A DNA stretch of 63,707 nt, counting the filler, from Folioceros fuciformis (lineage: Eukaryota), in the NCBI GenBank assembly GCA_049999805.1. It is 7 parts of 7 records of this genome, joined end to end, with 100 filler letters (N's around TTAATTAATTAA, not from the genome) between each part and the next. Parts side by side here need not be neighbours in the genome. Positions count along the whole stretch, not along the records: positions 36,961 to 41,540 come from JBNGIO010003560.1; positions 41,641 to 54,081 come from JBNGIO010003561.1; 5 more parts are not named here. One strand, 5' to 3'. Numbering within the stretch: position 1 is the stretch's first letter; every line of letters begins with the position of its first letter. Both the position numbers and the translations under genes were made by a program. The notes below the pieces were generated by a model. It was not told where the DNA came from and searched no databases. It saw nothing but the letters and a program-made list of their open reading frames with translations. This document shows, piece by piece, positions 36,961-49,300 of the stretch.

Positions 36961-39900
36961 CTTCAACTCTTTGGAGGCCTGAGTGATGGGCATGTTGAAG
37001 TAGTGAGAGAGTTCGGCCAACGTTATCTCTGTCATCCTCTCGGACGGACCCCGCTGGTGGTGGCCCTGTGCATTGCCTGTCACCTTCTCCAGCATGTTCT
37101 TTGTTGAGATATTGCCCACAGCGGCGATGTCTGAAGTCCGGTTGAGATAGTTGACTTCTGGCCCCCTTGCGAAGTCCAGGGAAATCGCATCACTCCTGCC
37201 GTTTCTAGACAGTAGACCACCTTGATTGCGAGGTGGATCTCTCAATAAGGAGCCACCATTTCCAACTTGGCCATCTTGCAGGTATCCCACTCCATGGAGT
37301 CCCTCGTTGCGACAGTCCCTAAGGAAGTTCTCGTTCCAGAATATGTCGGCGTGGCCACCAGGAGGAAAAGTATCGGCCCGAGGTGCATAAATAGTGTCAT
37401 TCTGAAACCCAGAAAACGACTCGTTCTGACACCCACCGTAATTTTCAACCTGAGCAGTAGGAAACACTTCCAGACGACTTGCGCTGAAATCCTCCACAGG
37501 CTGGCCACCTGAATACCTCCCATTTTTTAGGAAACTCTCATTAGCACAGGCTGGGAAGGCTTCGAGTTGAAGACCAGAAAAACTCCGTGGAGTCGGGCAG
37601 CCCGCCGCACCTTCAATTGAGTAACCGGCCAAGTCTCTGTACATCAACCCAGTCTCCTTATCACCAGCTAAAGAAGTTCCTAGGGGCTGGAGGGAGAGCC
37701 CAACCGATGCCAATGCCTCCGCTTGCGCAATTCTCTTTGGGTTCAGTGGAGTGCCCACGCTGTCATCGCTGCAATGTGAAGGAGACCGTTCATAAACCCT
37801 CCTCAAGTGTCCTGCAGAGTTCAGTTGTCTGACCTGCTTGGGACCTAGAAGGGAATTGACACTCGACTCTAACAAAGATCCGGGGCTCAAAGGTGTGAGG
37901 GAGTTAGAGAAATCGCTGGCAGTGGACAGGGGCTTGAGGTGAGCCAGGCTACTATGGGTTGACAAAGAAGAGGAGGGATCCACGGGAAAACCATCAACAG
38001 CGGGGAGACTGCCGCTGGAAATAAATAGAGGGGAGTTCCAGGACGAACAGTGCGGGCCTATTCCGCCTCCTTTCTGGTTTGTAACCATGCTGGATGTAGG
38101 ACTGAGGGCAGTAGGACTCACACCTGACAAACCGCCTGCACAGCAACAAGGGCGTTCACTAGGCGACCGACAATCTCTCAGCGGTCAAACAGAACGAACA
38201 CATTTACGACGGTAAATAAGTTTGTCATCAACACAGAACGGGGACCAACAGCAGCACAGAAGAGAGTCTTAAGAAACAGGGCACAAACCTGCAAAAGTCA
38301 TGGTGCTGGTGCTCCAAGACGATCCCAGTTGACATGGGTGAAACATTCGAGGACTTGCAAGTTCCAAGTCTGAGCCCCACTCATGCAGATTGGTCTCGGC
38401 TTGGTGCATCTCCATTTCATGCTGTCCTGCTATGTGGCCAGGCTCATCTTCGTGTTGCCCCAACGCATCATGGTCCCCACGAATCAACAAAGCTTCACGT
38501 TCGGCATCTTCCTCCGTGTTTCCAGATTGTCCAGTCAACGCAGACATGGCCGATATGCTCCACTTCGTTGGGCTCTGTAAAGATGTTTCCTGAGGGGAGG
38601 GCAGACTCCTCGGAGATTGTAGGCTGCCATAGTGACATCTGCCATGGTGAGGGCTATCTAGCTCCAGAAGGCGAGAGGGAGGCACCACGACTTGGTTGAT
38701 ATCGCAAGCTCTGCTCTGAATGTCCTTCTCAACCAACATGAGATCATACGCCAGGCAGGGCAAGCTCTGCAACAGAGGGTTACTGGAAAACAGTAAAGGC
38801 GAAAGAGTTAGTGTCCACTCCCATCTAAGCAAAATTCACAGAAATACGAGCTCTGGACAGAGAGTCGACCTGGACACGGACAAAAGCTGTGGAATGGTTG
38901 CCGGCACTCTGTGGGTGTGATATTCGAAGATGCACTTCCAAAGGTCCTTCTCATTGATCTTCTTTAAAGCATTGAAGAAGTCCTCAGAGTCGATTGCATT
39001 GTACTTCCTGAAATAGGACGGAATCGGTTCACTGATTTGAGCATATCCGTTGGGTGAAAATGTAAGCTCCTGCTGTATAGCTGACAAGCTTCCATTCTCC
39101 GAGTACAGTTGCACACTCTTGAGGACCTCTGCAGGAAGAGAGACGGGCACGTCAAGCGTCGTCGGGAATCCAATTCCTGCGCCCAATGCATCTATCTCTA
39201 AGCGCAAAACTCCTTTAAATTTTACGGGAGATTCATGTTACTACCACTCCAACTAAAGCTTTCGAAAAAAAGCGCGGACCCTTCATCTGCGAATCGGAGG
39301 ACTAAGAAGGCATCGACCGGCACTGGCGCCTTCGCCTACAGCAGAGAACAGGATAGCTTGTACTCTCCAAGCAATGGAGAGCAGTTTGCAGGCTCCTCGG
39401 GCTCGTGACCTTGTCTTCCAAGTATGCATTCCCCCAACGACATAGCTCTGAACAACATGCATTTCTTGCCCGCGACAGAAATCTATGACAGTTAGATTTC
39501 CCGACATATAACCGCTTACTATTGACACTAATCTAGGCAGACGAAATCAAATCGTGCAGACTAAACACTACAATGCGGCAAGATGGATGATCATGACAGC
39601 TAAGTGTCTCGCCCGGAGCTGAGGAACGTATTCCTTCATTGTGGAGGGAGGATAAGGCCACCAGTAGCTCCCTTGAGAGCTCACGACATCATCTTGGCTC
39701 TAAAACGCATGCAGTTGTCATCACAATCACAGTGCTCTAAGCAGAAACTTGGGACTCCTGTGGAGGGGATGGAGGCTACGCAAGAAGCAACTGCAGTAAC
39801 GGGCTCCAAGGAGTTCTGCTCAGCGCCACGGCACATGACACCCGCAGCAGAAGGAGGTGAGGAGAATGTACCTGGATTGGAGAGATGCTCAAACACGCAG

Positions 39901-40010
39901 AGAGCTTGAAGGATTCGACTGGAGGCTTGAGTCTTTTGTCTCAGGGCCTCACTGGAGGAGGCCGTCGATGTAGTAGGGGTAGGAGAGGTGTGGAGAGTGG
40001 TGCTTGCCAT
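36961..40010 (-). CDS. RKD: RKD-type RWP-RK transcription factor; the RWP-RK domain is truncated by the assembly gap
   Basis: ITLAELSHYFNMPITQASKELK abuts the gap and is the start of an RKD RWP-RK domain. The spliced N-terminal domain LQALCVFEHLSNP/EVLKSVQLY...LWKCIFEYH...IPQLLSVS/NPLLQSLPCLAYDL resembles the RKD5-type N-terminal domain. Confidence 0.8.
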
Positions 40011-40955
40011 GGAAGCTTGCACCTCCAGGGAGATATGAATGTGAGCGATAATGCAGTGTCACCTACCACAGTCGGCGAAGCCAGTCTACCATCTCACCGG
40101 CCCAGGGTAAGATGGGGCGGAGGCCTCAGGATCTGGCGCGCTCCTTCTTGCGAGAAGCCAGCCTGACTGCAGGTAAGAATGAATCAGATAGACTTGAGGC
40201 CGGTTGTGAGGGCTAGGTGCGCATCTGCTGCCGTGAGGTGAGCGGTGAAAGTGTGCTCACTCAGAGAACACCACCGGCCAATGCTATCGCCGCCAGAATT
40301 GGATAACCGCACTCCAGCTTGCACTGCAGCAGCATGTGATAACAGTTGTCACTGAGAGAACTGGCAGAAGTGGTCCCCCTCGGTAGAGCCAGCGGGCCTG
40401 CGCGACTAGGCGCGCTCCACTACTATTCCAGCCTATACCACTCCCTCCTGCAGGAAGAAACCGGACACACTTGCTGAATTCGAGTGGAAAGTAGGATCCA
40501 GAATGCAAGACCCGGATGCGCCGGCTTGCAAAGGGAGGCAAGAGACAGAAAGCGGGAGCTAGTGAAAGACTCCTATCACGCAAACAAGGACTCAAAGACT
40601 CGGCGGCGCCTGGAACGCAATGCAAGGCCACGCAAGGGGGCAACCACCACGAGCCGCCCGCGGACAGTACTAAGAACGACAGGACAGGACAGCACACGGC
40701 AGCACAGCACAGCACAGAAGAGGTTCCTGGGACTCAAACTCACGCACACACTCTCTCTCACACACACAAACAAACAAAGCTCCGGGCCACCGGCGGCACG
40801 CTAAATGCAGAATTGCAGAAGGCGTTCCCGCAGCCAAAGCCGCAACACAAATGCGCAGCAGCTAGGGTGGACACACATACTTGCAGGCATCCAGGAAGAA
40901 AGAGTATACACAGACGAGGAATCAAGAGAAGCGACGGCGGCACTCAAAACACTCT

Positions 40956-40958
<3 letters not shown>

Positions 40959-40986
<28 letters not shown>
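40959..40986. repeat. (CA)n microsatellite upstream of RKD
   Basis: Uninterrupted AC dinucleotide run. Confidence 0.9.
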
Positions 40987-43310
40987 TCGACCAGGCAGCC
41001 AGCGCGCGTAACCGCAAATCCTTGCGACACCTCCGACTCGAGGAAGATAACTGCACTGAGACGCACCAAGCAGCAGCAGCAAGAGCAGAAGCAAGAGGAA
41101 GGCCAAGTGCTTTGGAAGCTCCCGGTCCAATCCACAACAGCCNNNNNNNNNNNNNNNNNNNNNNNNNNNNNNNNNNNNNNNNNNNNNNNNNNNNNNNNNN
41201 NNNNNNNNNNNNNNNNNNNNNNNNNNNNNNNNNNNNNNNNNNGCGCCACAATTGCACCTCACCAGAACACCAATCCTGCTCCCGCGAGCCGCAAATTCCC
41301 GCGCGCAACCGCCTAACCAGCCGTGGCCCCTATTCTCCTCCGTGCCAGGCTCTTCCGATCAATCCTGCGCTCAATCCAGGTCCCAATCCCGCACATCCAT
41401 GCTGCTTCCGCGGCGGGGCCTCACGATCCACTGAGCCGTGCCATTTCCCGCGCTCTCGCTCTTCCTCGGCGCACAGCGGAATCGCGGAGCGGGCGAGGAG
41501 AGAATGAGGTATCCGCGGGCAGCAGCTGAGCTCGCCTGTGNNNNNNNNNNNNNNNNNNNNNNNNNNNNNNNNNNNNNNNNNNNNTTAATTAATTAANNNN
41601 NNNNNNNNNNNNNNNNNNNNNNNNNNNNNNNNNNNNNNNNGGACTGCTGTGAGTGGTGAGTGCGGTGCGTGCGCAGTCGGGCCCAGCACACGAGCGAAAG
41701 CAACAGGCCAACGGCACTGGTAGCAAGTGCATGCACGCTTGGTGCCGGATGCGCAAATTCGGGAGTGCCGGAGGCGAGGAATTCTGGATGCTCGGGCATC
41801 TGGCCGGGCGGGGCCGAGGGGCGAGAAGGGAACAGGCGGCAACAGGAGCGCGGGCGAAGACAGCTGAACAGCAGAGCAGGCCAGCACCAGGATCCAGAGA
41901 CAGGTTGTAAGCGAGGCATGCCATCCCATCGGCTCGCCTCGCCTCGCCTCGCCTCGCCAACACGAAGAAGGGAAAGCGGATGCAGCCAGGCGGGGGTGCG
42001 GAGATTGCGACGGCAGCAACCACTGTGGAACAGGAACGAGCACTTAGGCGAGGTGAGAGGCGAGACTCGCAAGCGGCGAGCGGCGACACCCTCCGCGTCG
42101 TCATCGTCGGCTTAACTTGACTGGCCACAAACAGACAAATGCGCCTCATTAGGGACTTGTTAATAATCGTGGCATGACACCAGGACGTGAACTGCAGTCC
42201 CTCCAGCCCACACGTGCCTCCCCGGCCCCTGATTCACGTCCTTCTATTTACAGCCGCAGTTTCAACCCGGCCCCCGTGCGCACACTTCGTATTTTTAGAA
42301 GTCATGCTCACCATGACGACTCCTCCGCTACGCTTCCCCTTGGTGGAATCAACTGGCTTGGCACTTGCACCCTTTGGCCTGGGTGCTTGGGCTAGGATTC
42401 TGGACTGCTTGCAATTTCTTGCCCGCCTCCTCCGATGCAGACGAGACGGTTTTCTGGCCTGCTTCACTGCAGTGAAGTGCACAGAAGAGAAGAGCAGAGC
42501 AGTGCAGTGCAGTGAAACTGTAGCTCACACACAGTCCGCCTGCGATGTGAACAATTTTCCATGCTACACTGCAGTCCACTGTAGCTCACGCGCAGTCCAG
42601 TCCGTACCCACCTTCATCAGCCATCTCCTCATTCCNNNNNNNNNNNNNNNNNNNNNNNNNNNNNNNNNNNNNNNNNNNNNNNNNNNNNNNNNNNNNNNNN
42701 NNNNNNNNNNNNNNNNNNNNNNNNNNNNNNNNNNNCTCCGCCCCTCCGTAAGCAGCAGCAGTAGCAGCTGCTGCTGCTGCCGGGCCCCCCAGCCTCCGCT
42801 ACTTGGTCTCCATGTCCATGTCCAGCACACGTCCCTGCAAGACCTCCGTAATCAGCTGGTCGGCCTGCCTCCCTGCACGCCCCGACAAAACAGGAGCTAC
42901 TGTGCATGTCAAGCCACCAATGGCTGAGGGTAAGTGAGCCTTCAGCCTGAGCGCACACAACAACGAGGGTCGGGTAACCAGGCACAGCTGTCCACGAGGG
43001 ATGAACCACAACATAGAATTCACATTACAGACCCACACCAAGTGGGCGCTTCGTATTCACAACTCCATTTCACTCCGTGTCGAGAGTGGAATGCCCGCCG
43101 GAATACCAATAGAAATCAATGCCTACCTAGCTTAACCCGTATCCCAAACGACCTTCCTGTACAACCCGGGCTTCCCCTCACCAGCATTGAGGATCACAGG
43201 CCGCCTCGGTCGAGGATCCTCACACACTTTCTGGATTATTCAAAGAATATTATCGAAACTAGATCAAAGGGTACTGGAAACACCAGCTCATAGACCCAAT
43301 AGATCCAAGT

Positions 43311-46300
43311 TCATCTTCTACGAGTCTTCTCTTTCATGACCAGGTAGGCATCCACTTGCGTGTCAACGAAGCCCTTCACCTTTTCCGCCAGTCTGGACTT
43401 CACAATCGCTCTCACAACTCCCTGCTACGTCAAGCCCACATAGCACATGAAAATCACCATACGAGACATCAACAACTAAACCAACTTCACAGCTACTACT
43501 GTCTTTACGTTCCACCTCGCCTCTGAACGAATACTCACGTTTTCAGTGTTTCTCTTGTACTTCTCCATTTCCTTTTTTATTATCTGTTCACCAAGCCTCT
43601 CATTCAGCTTCACTTCATCTCTCGCACTGAGCTGTATACACCAAAGACGTGGTCATTCAAATCAGATGACGCAAAGGATAAGCAAAACACGAGCTGTTCC
43701 CACAACTGATACACCAACACACCTTATGTGCACCAAGATAATGGCCAACTAGACTTTGGACCTGCACGGAGAGTTCAGGAGGGAAACGTAAGAATTCAAA
43801 GCCAAATGCCACAGATTTAAGCAAAAGCATGTCATCACTTACATGTGCCTGGAAGCCAGGTGATTCAGGCGAATCCCATCCATCCACATTTTGCCTTGAG
43901 GACCTCTCCTCACGGGCACCTCTTCCACCAGAATCATTCCGTTGGGAACCGTGCCGTAACGATGGATCTGTGTGATGTCTCCCATCCTCTACACGCTGAC
44001 CTGATTGAGAGCCTGAATAGTGACCAGATATTGTTCGTGTGTAAGACCTTTGATCATGCACATCTGACCCTCTTCCACCATCCCGCTGGTGCCTCATGTT
44101 CGAGTCTACATGGCGGTGGGGCCTGGGATGGTTTCCATTGTGCCCTCCCGTGCCCCTGTCACCACCCTGCTCTCGCCACCTGCCCCCTCCTGACATCGAT
44201 TCTTTTGTGTTGCTGCCAGAAGCCAACTGAATCTTAGACTTGCCTTCGATTTGTCTCACGTCCTGGCTCCACGTAACGCTATTGTGCTTGACTCCCTTGC
44301 TACCTTCGGAACGCTGCCCCTTTCCTGCGCCACCTTCCACTTCTTTTAAGTCCACCGCTGTAGGCTCATAGGCATTTGCAGCAGCCTGTTTGGATATGTC
44401 AACTCTGCTCTCAGTTACACGAGGCTCACTCGACTTTCCCGAAGACAGTACCTCTGTGGCCAAAATCTCTGTACCAACAATGCTGTCTAACTGGTGCTCA
44501 TCCACATCTTTCGCACCCTGTTTGCATATTGGCCCATCATTGATTTGGACATCAACAGCGCCTTGCACACGCAGGCCTGTTACTGATCCAGGACCGTCAC
44601 CAGCAGCCCCTCTATCATTGGAGCAAGGTTGCAAATTGCTCCTGAATTCAGAAGTAGAAGTTTCAGCCTTGCCATCCTTTTGTCCTTCCAAACCTTCCTG
44701 ATCCAGATCAACGCAGACAGCAGCACCCACACTGGCCTGCATTTGACCAAGATTTGAAAGACAGTCATTTCTTCCACCATCGTCCGTTTCAGCAGGATGT
44801 TTAGCTTCCCTGCGTGCATGCAATGTTAAATCACAGTGGTTTGGGCCGTTGCATTTCCCTGCGTTTGGTTCACACTGTCTTTGCTGGATATCTTCTGAGA
44901 CCACAAAATTCAAAAGCCTTTCACTTGACACATGCGACTCAAGTGGCAAACAGTGATGCTTCTTCCAACTGGTTTCTTTCTTGCTTTCCTCACAGACATC
45001 CCCTTCCAACGCTTTACCATCAGGCCTCCGTTCGATCCTTTCGCTACCCTGCAAATCGGCTGGATGTTCATTTTCATGCCGCATTCCAACAGGATTAACA
45101 TTACGCTGATCCATCCCCGCATCAGGGTGCCTTCCCTTAGAGGATGCCTCAGGATGTAGCCATTTGCAAGGCTTTTCTGTATGTTCGGGAACCGAGGAAT
45201 CACCACTTAAGGGACGAGGCATTCTTGGCCTGGAAAAGTCAGGTCGTCTGCTGTGTCTGTCTGGAGCCGATTCTTTGAGAGCACTATCAGAGTGCTCCCA
45301 CCTGCGAGGCTCATCTCCACGATTCAGTCCCGTCATGTCCAATCTGCCAGACCCATAACCCGCCTGGCCCAAGAATGCTGCACCGTCATCTCGACCATCT
45401 GCCAGCCTTGCAGAGCCACCTACGCATGCTTCCCTTCGTACAACATCAGTACCTGGGCTACCTTGTATACACCCATCTTTTGTACTGTCCTTCACCTGCT
45501 TTGCTGGCTTCTGATGGCATCCAGAGAGATTTTGAATATCCCCCCCATACTTCAACTGATCCTTTTGTGTTCCTGCCGTACCCAGACCACCAGGTTCTCG
45601 ACCCCGAGGTGACAAACCAGGAACTGGCGGCTCTGGCTCCATCTCATCAGGATCTTTTGTGCCAGCATTGTCAGGTAGCCATGGACCACCAGCTTCTGCC
45701 TGACTCTTGGACCATGGTGATGATCGTTCTGGAGCATCCACCTGAAAACCTGGAGGCCCTGCAAAGGAAGACGCTCCAGACTGCATATGCCACGGACCAT
45801 GATGTCCTGCAGGCATGCTCTGCAAATGTGGAGGTCCCAACGCCCCAGGAGGATAGGATGCCATTCCCAAAGCATGTAGAGGCTGGGGCCCCTGAGGGTG
45901 CACATGAACCCCTTGTACTCCTGGAGGACCTGGAGGACATGGTGGACCACAATACATACTTGGCTGAGTTATTGCAGATGGACCCAACTGACCCGGCGCA
46001 GTAGCTGCCATGGTACTGGGAGTGAACCCTGGTGGAAGAGGAGGCCCTGACGGCAACGAGGCTGGATGAGGAGAGTGCTCGCGGTAACGTGGGTACTTTG
46101 GCGGGGGTGGTTGCTGCCACTGTCTCTGATACCCCTGTTTGGTTTGTCTCAACCAGTCTGACTGGAACTGGGGAGACACTGCAGATAGCCCACCAGATGG
46201 TGATGAAGGGACCTGGGAAACTTGCCCAGCCGATCTTGAGTTGGTACCTGATGAAGCCTGACCTGCAACTCCTAGCCCTTGAACACTCGCCTCATTTGTT

Positions 46301-49300
46301 GTACATTGGTCCCACCGACTTTTGCGCTTCCGCTTCTGAGGAACCCCTTGGCCATCTTGTATAGTGGCCTCTATCTCCGTTGTAGGCGTGTTGCAAGGAC
46401 TTTGTGCCTTTCCTGTGCCAGATATCTTTTCAGAAAGAGAATTATCATCAGGTGATCCACTCTTGACACCAGAAAGGGGCCAGATCTGAGCTGTAGGCTT
46501 CTGTCCAGCACTAAGTACAGAGGCGTTCAAAGGTTGGTCGGATGTTGGCAGAGAACTGCAAGGAGCTTGCCCTAGCATGTGAGGTAGATTGAGTACTCTG
46601 CTTCTCCCACTCGACAGATCAGCAGTCGATAAATGCTTTGGAGGTGATCCATTCTCCTTCGGACAAGTATCTGGCAATTTTGGAGGAGGAAATTTTCTCC
46701 GGAAATTCATTGCCATTTCTTGCACCTGCCAGTTAGGAAAAGCAGGAATGAGCCGGTTGGAAGAAACTGACACTGGAACAAAAGAGAACCCACCATTTAA
46801 TTCATCTAATTTAGCAGATCCCCATGCCCCTCTACCTTACCTTCTTATCACTGTGGCGACAGAGTTCATACAAAGACTTCGAGAAGCTGCAATGCCACAA
46901 CCCCTTCAGTCAGTTAACTAGATTACCACAAACAGACATTTAGCTTCACATCATGTCCCTTGCAAAGTCATATGCTGCTTCAACAAACTTAGAACCGATT
47001 CACGGAGCAAACCTTTCTACTGTGCCCCCAAGAGGGCCAGGACGAGAAGTATACATCTGCTCAGGAGTCAGCACGCCAGTAGAGGCAAGCATCTCCAACA
47101 CCTGGATAAGAACATGTTAATAAGGCAGGATAATATCAGTAATCAACTGACACCTCAGGCCAAGAATCATATCACAGATACAACAGACACATAGACCACC
47201 TTCACGAGTTTGCGGAGGTGTGGTATTCTATTATGATGTCTCCGAAATTGCTTTATTATGTTGTGCAGCCACATGAAACCTGTACCAGCAGGATCTGGTC
47301 AGCAATACATCCCAAAACCAGTCCGCTATACCAACATCACACAGAGCAGACCCTGTACTTGCAAAATAGAGCAATACAGCTGAAGACTAGTAATCCTAGA
47401 ACATCTGCCGTGACAAGGGGCACACAATGACGGAATACTACTAATTGACCTACCGTTTTTCACCATTATCTCCCTCAACACAACAGGCCACTGTGTCTTG
47501 TGAAGCGCATCCAATAGCAACGACAAGTCCCTCAAACCTCTGCTCAACAATTACAGATTTTAAAATACACACCCAAAAGAACAAAGGAAAAAAATAATTC
47601 ACACATAGGCGGTTTATTGTATTGTACCTGTTATCCTCCTCCTGAGATACTGGCACAGATACAAGGAGCCTTAAATAGAGCTTTGCATTTTCCTGCAAAA
47701 CAGTGATCAAATCAGGACACTTTCTTCACGCACCATCGCAAAGCATCAGACTTTGCAGGATTTGAAGGAAAAAGGGGGACTCGCAAATAGTCCCACGATT
47801 GCTGAGGACATACCTTTTTCTTTCTGAGGCCTCCTTGAATATCCAGCATCGCATTCAGCTTATCTTCAACTGCCAAGCAGCCATGCCCATCAAAGATAAT
47901 TCGAGTGAGAAGAAAACCAAATTCTATAGCCTCTAGATTGAGTGCACTGTAATGCATTACAAACTCAAATACGCATGAAGTCAACTTACTTTCACTGTGC
48001 TGTTTGCCAGAAGTATCTACAGTCAGCCCTCTTAGCTTCGCTGGACCAGTCTTTACTACAGGAGCAATAGTCTTTATCCGCTTCACAGGTAATGGGACCT
48101 TGGATTTGGCACTGCCCTTGTCACCTTCAATAGCAGCAGCTCGTTTCCTCTTAATGCCCGCCACAATCTTTTTCGGCCTTGGTTCCAACACCACACTCGG
48201 CCTGGCATTGCTTTCTTCTTTGATGATATCCGAAGTAGGTGGAAGTGATGAAGGTTTTGTGATATCTTCTACATCCCCTTCGAGCATAATAGGCTCCAGG
48301 TCTTCCTCATCTGAGTCACTCTCCACCACCGCTCCAGGCGTATGTGGATCGCCACCAATATAACCACCACAAGATGGTGTCCCACATTCACACTTCTTTG
48401 CAGCTGCGCCCCCAACTCGAACAAAGTTGTAATCAAAAGTTAACTCCTCGCCCTGTGACAACACAAGCATGATTAGCTTGGGTTTCATCCCAATGGAAGC
48501 AACAGAATAAGTTGTGACAATTGAAGTACCATGGCGACATCTTTGGTAGCAAAAAGACCGATGCACATCTCCCCATTTACCAACCACTGATTGCACATAC
48601 AACTGTCAAATTTTAGTCCTCGTCCTTCATAAGATCGGTTTAGTATACACAGACAACTATGTACATGCAAAATATTGAAATATACACAGTGACTCAAGCA
48701 GATCGAACAAGGATAAGAGACAGCACCAAGTAAGAGGGGGATACCTTCTCGGTCACACAGTTGGGATCACAGCTATGATTTATGAAACGTCCCAGATTCC
48801 CTTTTGAGCACGCATCAATCACCTGTACATGAGACCAAAGCTAAGCAACGAAGCTCAAAGCTCTTTGAATATTTTTAGACATCAAACAGGCTGACTAAGC
48901 TAACATAACACTTGCCTCATTGCCAGTCAGTGTCATAAAATAGAAATGCTTCTGCCCATGGCGGGCATAATCCCTCTGACGATCCTCAAATGCCTTTGTG
49001 TCTAGGACCTACACACACACAAACAAATGTCGACCATCAGTCCTTGGTACACCGCTCTTAGAGTATGCCATCACGTACAGGCAAAATCACTGGTCCTGCT
49101 GGCATAGCCCCAGGTAACAATAGTCAGACGACAGCAAAGCCAGGAGAGTTGCACACACCTCACCAACATATTCTATGACAAAAGATCCCTTAGAAATATT
49201 CTCAAGAGCTTGTAGACCAAAGCCCTTCTTTCCACATCTGAAGTGCCCAACTTTGGCATATAGTCGTTTTTGAAACTGTGAAACACCAGCACCGAAACCA

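Noticed and set aside
40284-43290. Many overlapping ORFs upstream of RKD
   Set aside because: They lie in low-complexity, microsatellite-rich and gap-spanning sequence with no protein motifs; likely 5' UTR, promoter or intergenic DNA.
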